NCBI RefSeq assembly: GCF_006345805.1
Contig: NC_043022.1
Span: forward strand, 22,692,001 to 22,756,000
Reading direction: 5' to 3'
Source of the DNA: Octopus sinensis
Taxonomy: Eukaryota
Length of the DNA: 64,000 nucleotides
In this document: positions 11,364 through 23,200 of the stretch, one piece after another
Numbering within the stretch: the first letter of the stretch is position 1
How the letters are laid out: every line of letters begins with the position of its first letter
Made by a program: the position numbers and the translations under genes
Notes under the pieces: generated by a model
What the model was told of the DNA's origin: nothing
Databases searched by the model: none
Seen by the model: the letters and a program-made list of their open reading frames with translations, nothing else

Positions 11364-14300
11364 TATAATATTAATAATAATAATCATGCAGTTGAGCATG
11401 TCCCTTAGTGGCTGACGATATGTGCATCTCTGATCACGAGCAGAAGTAGTGGGGGAGCATCATAGCCATGTGTTGAGAGGGATTCTTTGGGGTTTGGATA
11501 ATTCACCTTTGGAAACAGGGGTGTTTCGTTCAACATCCTTAAACAACCCTTATTCAGGGACCTTTTGAGTGGGATGGGCTACTCGACCAGAACAAAATTC
11601 TAACTGAGCCCCACTTGCAAGGTCATGTGCTGTTTATCTTGATATGAGATCACCATGTCGCGCACATATGGTTGTGATGCATGTGCCTGGTGTACCCTTA
11701 TCAGGCGGGTAGTCATGATGGGTATACTGGGCTTCGTATATTTTACCCCAGTGTCACTTTGATGGCATGCACTGCTCTCTCACTCAATAATAATAATAAT
11801 AATAATAATAATGATGATGATGATGATGATTTCATTTATTTGCCACTAGGGCATTTGTAGGTGCAGGTGTGGCAAGAAGCTTGCTTCCCAACTACACGGT
11901 CCTGGGTTCAGTCCCATTGCATGGCACTTTGGGCAAGTGCCTTGGGCTGACCAAAGCCTTGTGAGTGGATTTGGTAGACAGAAACTGAAAAAAACCTGTT
12001 GTATATATATCTATGTGTGTGTGCCTTCGTATCTGTGTCCCCACCATCACTGCTTGACAACTGGTGTCGATGTGTTTATGTCCCTGTAACTAAGCAGTTT
12101 GGCAAAAGAGACTGATAGAGTAAGTTACAAGTAGCAGGCTTAAAACAATAAGCCCTGGGGTCAATTTGTTTGACTAAAAGGTGGTGCTCCAGTATGGCTG
12201 CAGTCACATGACTGAAACAAGTAAAGAATAAAAGAATTATAGTCACAACCTTCAGACCTCCACTAACCCCACTACCACTCCCTACCTAATCCTTGCTCTC
12301 TCCAATCCAACTTCCACCACCACAATAAACTTCCAGTTTCCCTTCAGATCTAAATAATAACAAGAGCACTCAGAGAGAGCAAGCCTCCGCTAAAGCAACA
12401 CCAACGTCCTCTCAACGATTAGCCAGAGATTTTTAAAATGAAAATATCTGAAGTAAACTCAACTGCTTTCACAAATGAGAATACTAAAAAAGAACCTGAT
12501 TGCTCTCAAAAATTAAGTAAAAAAAAACGGAAAAATAATCCAGAATCCTTGTCCAGTACTGGATCAATCCCATAGGTAGTTATGGAATGTGAAGGTGGCT
12601 GTAGAAAATTTAGGAACAGTAATAGATACAAACCAAAGTGAAATTCACCATTCAAAATAGTTACAGCCTAAAGGGAGATAATTGAGAAAGACTTGAAAGT
12701 TAACAAAAGATCGTAATCATGTAAAGTAAATATAACAAATAATCCAGAATCCTCGTCCAGTACCAGATCGATCCCAAAAGCTAATCAGTTTGTGCCAGTC
12801 ATAAGGCCAAACACTCCTGAAAGTTTCATCCGAATCCATCCAGTGGTTTTTTTGATATCTTGTCCATAGACAAACAAACAAATGCAACAGCAGAGGTAAT
12901 AATCTAATTCTCGCTCACAGCATCATGAGCGGAAAGTGTAACCTCTCGAAAGAGCTGTTCTTCACTCCTGCTCCAGTGCGTGGGCTGCGGGATCACTCCG
13001 AAAAGCTCTATCTACGATGATTTCATCTCAGTTGAAGGAGAGGGGCTTTCTCCGTCCGGGTTGTGGTTCCGTGGAATAAGCTGCCGGACGAGATAGTGAA
13101 GATGCCGACGACCGCTCGGTTCAAAGTCTCTCTTGACCAGAAATGGCCTGAACTCTTTGTATGACCACCCTCCCTGTACATAACTCCCTGTCCCCCTACA
13201 TGGCCTTGCTTTTGCTTTTTGAGCCAATAAAAATTGAACTGAATTGAGTTGAATTGAATTGAGATGTAGTGTTAATACCAAAATATAAAATTTATCACCT
13301 CTTAAACATGGATGTATTGTTAGACACATAATAGGCGTAGGAGTGGCTGTGTGGTAAGTAGCTTGCTTACCGACCACATGGTTCAGGGTTCAGTCCCACT
13401 AAGTGGCACCTTGGGCAAGTGTCTTCTACCATAGCCTTGGGCTGGCTAAAGCCTTGTGAGTGGATTTGGTAGACGGAAACTGAAAGAAGCTCGTTATATA
13501 TATATGTATATATATGTGTGTGTGTGTGTGTGTGAGTGTATACGTTTGTGTGTCTGTAATTGTCCCCCAACATCGCTTGACAACCGATGCTGGTGTGTTA
13601 CGTCCCCGTAACTCAGCGGTTCGTCAAAAGAGACTGATAGAATAAGTACTAGGCTTACAAAGAATAAGTCCTGTGGTCGATTTGCTCGACTAAAGGCGGT
13701 ACTCCAGCATGGCCACAGTCAAATGACTGAAACAAGTAAAAGAGAGTAAAGAGTATAATACTGTGATAGTTAACATGAGAGAACCTCTCGTATGGTTTTG
13801 TGGTACACACAAGCACTCTTGTTTACACTGCTAGGAGGAGGCAATCACTGCCATCCCTGCTGCCATGTGATTTTGAAACTTCTAATTTATATTGGCAAGG
13901 GGAAGGATGAAGAGGTATAATTGTTTGGAGTGAACTGATTCTGCTTTCTCCACCTCTTCCTCGTGTTGCTGTTGCTATTGTTATTGCTCAGAGTTGCCAG
14001 AGAGGGTGAGAGAGAGAGAGATGGAAATGCAGACAGACAGAAATGGAGGGTAGAGATGATGAATGGAAAGATGGTAAAGATGATGGAAGACAGGGTTAGA
14101 AGCAGGAATGGAGGCAAAGATGATAAAATGTGCAGGTGGTGGTGGTGGTGGGTGCAGGTGCTGAATGTAAAGAGGGTGGTGGTGGTGGTGGGTGCAGGTG
14201 CTGAATGTAAAGAGGGTGGTGGTTATAGACAGAGATGGTGGAGGCAGAGATTGGTGGTGAAAAGTCAAGTCGGTGCAGGTAGAAAGGAGGAAGAATGGAC

Positions 14301-17243
14301 TTATAAAGCCATGATTATTAAGCAGATTCCAAACCAAAAGCATTCCGAACATGACCATTCCCTCAGTGGGTACTTTATCCGATGTACCCTATCTTTTTTT
14401 TTAGATAGTAGGAGTACAAAGTCCATTCCCTCAGTGGGTACAATGTCCATTCCCTAAGTGGGTACTTTATCCAATGTACCCTATCTTTTCTTTTACATAG
14501 TAGGGGTACAATGTCCATTCCCTCACTGGGTACTTTATCCAATGTACCCTATCTTTTCTTTTACATAGTTGGGGTACAATGTCCATTCCCTCACTGGGTA
14601 CTTTATCCAATATACCCTATCTTTTCTTTTACATAGTTGGGGTACAATGTCCATTCCCTCACTGGGTACATTATCTTTTTTTAAGATGGTGGTGGAATAA
14701 TTTGAGAAAGATCTGGCTGCTATTTCTAGCACATCAAGTGACCACAAAGAGGCTGTCTTGGCTCGTGGTGAAGATAGAGTTAGTGGAGAATAGAGAGAGG
14801 CGGGGACAGAGTTGCTGGAGTAGGAATCGATATTGCAAAAATTTACCTAAGAGCAGCAATTTCCCTTTCCAGTTCTAAGACCGCCTGGGGAGGTTTTTGA
14901 ATGATAACCTTTGGTTTGAGTGGTAATGATGCATTTGCTGGTAATTTGGTCCTCTCCTCTACAATATTAAATTATAGACACGGTATTTTAATAAACATTT
15001 CTGATATTTATTATACTTTATAATAATGTTTATTAAATAAGATGGTAAAAGAAAAATGAGTAAAAGAATAAAAGAATTATAGTCGCAACCTTCGGCCCTT
15101 CACTAACCCCCTACCACTCCCTACCCAATCCTTACTCTCTCCAATCCAACTTCCCTTGCTCCACCACCACCACCACCACAATAAACTTCCACTTTTCCTT
15201 CAAATCATCATCATCATCATCGTTTAACGTCCGTTTTCCATGCTAGCATGGGTTGGACGGTTCAACTGGGGTCTGGGAAGCCAGGAGGCTGCACCAGGCT
15301 CCAGTCTGATCTGGCAGTGTTTCTACAGCTGGATGCCCTTCCTAACGCCAACCACTCTGTGAGTGTAGTGGGGACAAACAAGGACAGACAAAGGGATTAA
15401 GTCGATTACATCGACCCCAGTGCGAAGCTGGTACTTTACTTATCGACCCCTGAAAGGATGAAAGGCAAAGTCGACCTCGGCGGAATTTGAACTCAGAACG
15501 TAACAGCTGACGAAATACCTATTTCTTTAATACCTACAAGGGGCTAAACACAGAAAGGACAAATGGATTAAGTCGATTATATCGACCCCAGTGCGTAACT
15601 GGTACTTATTTAATCGACTCCGAAAGGATGAAAGGCAAAGTCGACCTCGGCGGAGTTTGAACTCAGAACGTAACGGCAGACGAAATATCTATTTCTTTAT
15701 TGCCCACAAGGGGCTAAACACAGAGAGGACAAACAAGGACAGACATAGGTATTAAGTCGATTACATTGACCCCAGTGCGTAACTGGTACTTATTTAATCG
15801 ACCCCGAAAGGATGAAAGGCAAAGTCGACCTCGGCGGAATTTGAACTCAGAACGTAGCGGCAGACGAAATACCGCTAAGCACTTCGCCCGGCGTGCTAAC
15901 GAATCTGACACAATACCAAAACACAACAAATGCCATTAAAACTAAAGAAATAGAGAAATAGATTTAAACGTGACAAAAGGAACGCGGGAGGAACGTCTCC
16001 ACGATACACCATACACATGGAAACATCAGATGAGTAATTTCCTATTTCACGTTCGTAAACTCGAATTTGCTTTAGTTTCAATTCTATTTCAATTTGATTA
16101 GCATGTCTTGTGGACGCCTACTGCTCCGCCTTTTAATGTAAATTCCCAGAGAAATCACTTACAGATCGGCAGATAATCAATGAAAGGCATGTAATTATGA
16201 CACTGGCACGAGCTCTGACAAATTCAGCGATTTATATTGCTTGGTGTACCCGCCGTGGATTGTTGAAGAATTCTCACAAGTGCCCAGAGCAAAACTCTGA
16301 TAAAATAGAGCAATCCTTTTACTCGCTGTTCGTAGTGTCTACAACTTATAATTATGAAATGCTTTATTGAAATAAACTTTTTGGACCGGGATGATTTTAC
16401 GAACGTCAAATAGGAAATTGCGCGATGTTCATTCTAAGAGTTATATGCAAAACCTCTTTCGTTGCTTATCTTATATGCAAAATTTCTTTCGTTACCTGTC
16501 TATATAAACATCAGGCTGGTTGAGTTTGACACACTAGATCCAATTCGGATCTTTTCTTTTTGAAGGCCAGATTTTCCTAGTTAACTAAAAAATTTGAAAC
16601 TTCGTATACTGGTAGAATGTGTGAAAAGAAAACATTATTGTAAACAAAATTGAAAACAAAATTGTTATTCGTAACTTAAACGTAGTTTAATTTTAAGAAT
16701 TTTAACCAATGAAATCGCAGCATTCGAGCTCAAATTATTTACCTCTTCTTCTGTCTTCTACATGTGCTAGAAATAACAGCTATATCTCTTAAATCGATTA
16801 ATTTCGTCACCCAATAAAAATATTAACGATATTTTTAGAATATTTTCTTTATTTTTTTTTTTACCGAAAAGGCTTCTCCCTTGGTTTTGAAGGGCCAGAA
16901 ACAACAAAAACAAAACAATAATATGCCTAAATCGGTCTCGAGTTTGCGCGTGGAGTGTGAGTCGTATTGTAAAAATTTGCGAAATATTTTTTCATAAAAG
17001 GATGCCCCCCCAGCTTGTCGGAAGCTGTGATATAAATTGGGAAAAAAATCCTCGACACCAGTGCGTAATTGGTACTTAATTTATCGACCCCGAAACGATG
17101 AAACATTGACCCCCCCCCCCTTCTGGTTTATTTACCTTTTGTGCAAATTTGTTGCGGCAAGTGGCAAAACGTGTATTTTTGCTTGTGTGCGTATATGTAT
17201 ATGTCCGTTTGTATGTGTGTGTACGCTTATATATTAATTACTA

Positions 17244-17274
<31 letters not shown>

Positions 17275-20200
17275 CCGTTTGTATGTGTGTGTACGCTTAT
17301 ATATTAATTACTATGTGCTTGTGCAAATGTGTGTGTGTGTGTGTGTGGTGCGTCTGCTATATTTCTTTATCAATATCGATAACGCAGCAATGCTGGGATT
17401 TCATTGGTTAAAATTCGTAAAAATTAAACTACGTTTAAGTTACGAATAACAATTTTGTTTTCAATTTTGTTTACAATAATGTTTTCTTTTGACACATTCT
17501 ACCAGTATACGAAGTTTCAAATTTTTTGGTTAACTAGGAAAATCTGGCCTTCAAAAAGAAAAGGATCCTGATCCTCAAATTCTGCTATCCTTGTGAAATA
17601 TGTTATGGATCTTTTCGGTTTGAACGGCAGTTTTTAACATAATTTCTAGGTAACTAAAAAATTCTAAACTTTGTATACTGGTAGAATGTGTTTATAAAAC
17701 ATCTTTTTCTCTTGGCTTTATTGAGAAAATTCCATATTTTCTAAGATATTTGTTGTTTTTTTCTTCAATTTCTGCAATTTCAACCAATCAATGACGTCCA
17801 TTGATTTAAAAAAAAACATTCTGTGCCGTATGAATATGTCCCTCGTTTAAGAAACAGATTGGGTTTATTTACATTTGTGAAGAAAAAAATATACCCTTCC
17901 ACCCACCCCTAACCCTAACCCTAACCAACCCTAACTCTAACCCTAACCTTAAAACAGATTGAAATGCAATAGATCGATACTAGGGTCATAATTATGGGTG
18001 ACAATTTCATATGACACCGCTAGAAAAAACTGCCGTTCAAACCGAAAAGATCCCTATTTTATTTTATTCTTTAAAACTCCGCTTAGATTAAACATATCGA
18101 TTAGTTTAGTTGGAGAGTTGTCAATAATATAAAATAACCGTCCTACCATATTTATATAAGAGAACCAGAGACGAAATCCTGAGAATTAAAAGATTTCTTT
18201 CAGTTTCTGTTCGATCGTGTCAGTCAGAGCTTCCTTCGCGTCGCTTTTCTGGTTCTTTTAAACCTTAGGGACGTCATTCCAATTCCTTTTTGATGATCAG
18301 TCTTTGAAAAGACGATGACGTCATTCGACGTCCTCTGCATTGATTGGTCCTCGAAACATCAAGTGACGTCTGAATAAGGCGACGAGCTGGCAGAATCGTC
18401 AGCACGCCGGGAAAAGCGATTATTGACATTTCGTCCGTCTGTACGTTCTGAGTTCAACTTCCACAGAGGTCGACTTTACCTTTCTTTCTTTCGGGGTCAA
18501 TAAGATAAATACCTATTTCTTTACTACCCACAAGGGGCTAAACACAGAGAGAACAAACAAGGACAGACAAACGGATTAAGTCGATTATATCGACCCCAGT
18601 GCGTAACTGGTACTTATTTCTGTTCGATCGTGTCAGTCAGAGCTTCCTTCGCGTCGCTTTTCTGGTTCTTTTAAACCTTAGGGACGTCATTCCAATTCCT
18701 TTTTGATGATCAGTCTTTGAAAAGACGATTCTATCTGAAAGGATGAAAGACAAAGTCGACCTCGGCGGAATTTGAACTCAGAACGTAGCGGCAGACGAAA
18801 TACCTATTTCTTTACTACCTACAAGGGGCTAAACACAGAGGGGACAAACAAGGACAGACAAACGGATTAAGTCGATTATATCGATCCCAGTGTGTAACTG
18901 CTACTTAATTTATCGACCCCGAAATGATGAAAGGCAAAGTCGAGCTCGGCGGAATTTGAACTCACAACGTAGTGCAGACGAAATACCGCTAAGCATTTCG
19001 CTCGGCGCGCGAACGTTTCGGCCAGCTCGCCGCCTTTAAAGATAAGATAAATACCAGTTGATCACTGGGGTATATAAAATTCATACCAGTTGATCATTGA
19101 GATCGATAAAACACGTACCAGTTGTTCACTGGAGTCGATTTAATCGACTTACTCCCTTCCCCGATATTGTTCTCCTTGTGCCAAAATTTGAAATAATTAT
19201 ATTTAGCCTGAAGGTGGCGAGCTGGCAGAATCGTTAGCACGCCAGGTAAAATGCTTAGAGACATTCCGTCCGTCTTTACGTTCTGAGTTCAAATTCCAAC
19301 GAGGTCGCCTTTACCTTTCATCCTTTCGAGATCCATAAAATACCAACCAGTCAAGTATTGGAGTCGATGAAATCAACTCCCACCAAGATTGCAGACTTTG
19401 TGCCTGCAGTAGAAAAAATTATGGCTGATGTAAGCACTGTCTCGATATCTATGACTCATAGGGCCGGCCACACGGTTCCCATGGTGACCGAGATCACAGC
19501 ATTTACCATGGAAATTAAGATTTGAATTTAATAATTACAGATATAACACACATGTATATGATACATATATAATACAAAACCACGTTAAAATACTTTCACA
19601 AAACCGAAGAAAACAAACATGATCAAAGTAAAAAGAGGAAGAAAGAAGTAAGAAACCCCAGCAATTCAGCATTTACCCTGAAAGGGGATGCCAGTTCGTC
19701 GTAGGGTTACTAATCTTACAGCTGAATTGAATGGAGTGACTTAAAAATGAAGTGTTTGCTCGACAACACAATGCGCACCGGGAATCGGAAACACATTCTC
19801 GCGATCATCTTTATAACTAGGTTACACGCTTTCACTGATTGCTGATAATCTCTATATATATAAACGGCAAAATGTCTGTGTGCGTGTACTTTATACAAAC
19901 CCACAATTTTTCAGTTAGAGGGCTCGCACTTTCTATGGTCATTCAAAACCATCCAAGGGTGGTCGTGCACATCTTCACATTTCCCCAGTCACCCCGCAAA
20001 GCCATTAAAAAATCAATAGAAGTGACATTTTTGTGAATTTTCTATCCAAAACCCAATCAAAATACCCGAAACTTGATACGCCAATTGAATGCCAGCTAGC
20101 TGTATGTGATTGGTCGGAGATTTGGACAGTACTCGCGTGTATGTGCGCATATACGCAGCTGTATATGCATGCACTAGCACTAAGACGCGGCGTTGCGGGT

Positions 20201-23200
20201 CATAGTGCTAGTATGAAATAAAAACAACCCGATACATCGCTGGATGACCGCCAATCATTTTATCTTGTTTCAAATTATCCTAGCTGCATACTGTTTTCAA
20301 AGCAAGAAATTTACCCTGGGCAGATACAGCAGTTGTGATGGGATACGAAACACAACTCCGCCCAGACTCAATCAACTGTGGTTTTCACCCCCAAACGACA
20401 TCGTTATTGCTATCAAACACAAATCTCTCTATATATAAAGCCGAAGTTGTCTGTGTATAGCAGGTTTGGTAGCCTTCAACTAACACTATCTCCTCCGAGA
20501 CCCTGTGGCGCAAGTTGACCAAAATTGAGAGTATGATAGAAGAAGGCTTGCTTTTCCTTCCGTAGAAGGAAAAATTCAAATCGGACCATGTTAACACCAA
20601 AAATTATTTACATCAAAAAGGTGCTTTTTTTCTATGAAAATCCCTATTTTTTACGATATTCTGACTGCTGTGTCGCCATTTTTCCTTGTATTTCAACCAG
20701 AAAAATGTTCACTTAAAGAGAATAACAAGCTACATAATGCGAAACTTTTACTTTTCAGAAATTCCAATTCTAAAAGGTCGAAACAAACCCGAGCAACGCC
20801 GGGCGATACAATGAAATGATGCAAAAAATTTACCGTGTAAGTCATTTTGTAGCTGGGTAATTCTATCTGAATATTCCCCATTGAGCTTCTTTGCCTTGCT
20901 TAATTTCTCTTCCAAGGAACAAATCGTGATGGAATGTTGCTTTATTTGTTCCCTGTATTCAGATATATCCACTTGGCTCTGACTTTTCGCCGTTTGTACA
21001 TCTGCTTCCATCTGTTCCTTCTCTGATTGATGTGTTTTACGCTGTTCTTCTAATTCACTTTCCAACTGGGTTTTACAGACCTGCCACAAATACATATCCA
21101 AAATGACAATTGTCGCATTTTACAATCAATAAGTTATTTTAGCGCAACAGAATGCCTCAGACCAATAAAACCTGGAATTACACGTGTTGCAAAGCATTTT
21201 AGACATTCTTTCGATATAGCTCGACAAAATCAAAACATTTCATTTCGGGTATTTTCGTGGAAGCAAATCACAGTTCGATTCTGTTTTCTGCTTGGAAAAT
21301 TTCGGATTTTACATACATACATGAAACTAGTAAGAAAAAATATGCAAGGTTCAAAATGGAATCTTTTTTTATGACCAAAACGATCTTACATAGAAAGGGA
21401 CATTACAAGACAAACATATCTTTTTTATCATCTTTATTATAGATCCAGCCGACAGCTGTACTCGTCCCAGATGCGATAGCACGTGTTCGACGTAACTTAT
21501 CAAGCTGGATAGCTCCCGACATTGTACAAAAGCGTGCTGGACAGTTTCCTTGTCCACATCGCATCTTGGACACGTCGGTGGCACTGATATTCCGTGCCTG
21601 GATAACTTATCGCGAACAGGTAAAGTGTTCCTGTAGCACTGCCAGGTCAGGGATTTTTGGAAGTTATCCAAGTACCCCGGCCTGAAAGTTTTTTTGAACA
21701 GGTTGGCAAGTTGGTTCTCATCGAACCCCAGAGCCTCTCCCAGGACGTCATCGTTTTTTGCCTCTACCAGCCCTCTATAGAACACTGAGGTTGTATTCCT
21801 GTTGCCGGCCTTGCCCGTCTTGTGGATCAGCCAGAGTGCCTGACAGCACTCCTTCTGCCATAAAGTCAGGTTACGTCTTTTAATGAGACCGGGTTTAAAT
21901 CTCTCCAAAGAGGCCGGTCGCGGCAAGAACTCCTCCGCCAGCGGACTCCACACCCTATCACCCTCCAGGTGGCACCAGAGATGTCTCAGCCTCAACGCAT
22001 GTCTGCGCATCATCAGCCAGGGCATTCCCAGTCCACCTTTTAACGATTCCTGGCAGCAAACGGAGCGCTTCACAAGTGGTTTTCCTCCCTTCCACAAAAG
22101 CGGAAGAGGAGTCGTTCCGACTTGTTTAGCCACAAATCGGGGCAAGGCACAACGGACAGGCGGTAGGTGATTACAGATGCTATAAACACCTGCATTACCT
22201 CCGCCCTGTCTTTCAAGGACAGAGGCCTTCCGGCATAATTTCATTATATCTATACTCCACAACCCACCGAAATACCCGAAGTGAAATGTTTTGATTTTGT
22301 CGAGTTATATCGATAGTGGTAAGAAAGATGAGAATGCATGAGGCTGCACGGTCGATCGGAGCATAAAAGGAAAGAAAAAGATTACCAAAAGGGATAACCA
22401 ACCGGCGGGTTAATTCACTAACCCGGACCCAAATTTCATTCGACCATCATTTTATTTTTAAGTCTCATCCGCAAAATATATATAAATCCTTCCGTTTTTT
22501 CATAATGTAAATAAGAAGCGTGTTTGTACCCTAAATGTCCCTTGTCTGTCCTTGTAATGTCCCCTCTATGTAACCCTTTTGTTACCAACCCGGCTGGGTA
22601 CTACTTAAGAAAAGTGGTCCCGGTGCGCGCACTCGCGCATCAGCGCTAGTTAGTCGTAACTAGTCGATCCTTACTTTCTGTTTTGTTTTATTTTGTTTAA
22701 AAAAAATTATTTACGTTGTGTTTTTGTGTTTTATTTACTTAGTTTTAAAAAAATTATTTACTTTGTATACAAAAAAAATGGATCTTTTCGGTTTGAACGG
22801 CAGTTTTTAACATAATTTCTAGGTAACTAAAAAATTTTAAACTTCGCATACTCGTTCAAACCGAAAAGATCCAAAATAATTATCTATTTTGTGTTTTATT
22901 TACTTAGTTTTAAAAAAATTATTTACTTTGTATACAAAAAAAATGGATCTTTTCGGTTTGAACGGCAGTTTTTAACATAATTTCTAGGTAACTAAAAAAT
23001 TTTAAACTTCGCATACTCGTTCAAACCGAAAAGATCCAAAATAATTATCTATTTTGTGTTTTATTTACTTTGCTAGGTAGTCGTTGTAGGATCGACTACT
23101 TACGACTAGCTGGCGCGGATGCGCGAGTATGCGAGTGCGCGCACCGGGACCACTCTGCTTAAGTAGTACCCTTTTGATATTTACACGTATTTATCTGATT

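Noticed and set aside
13963-14457. 164-aa and 125-aa overlapping ORFs
   Set aside because: Low-complexity (GGT)n/(GAT)n purine-rich tract with no splice or homology support
14346-14670. CRISPR-like array
   Set aside because: Units are contiguous with no unique spacers; eukaryotic minisatellite
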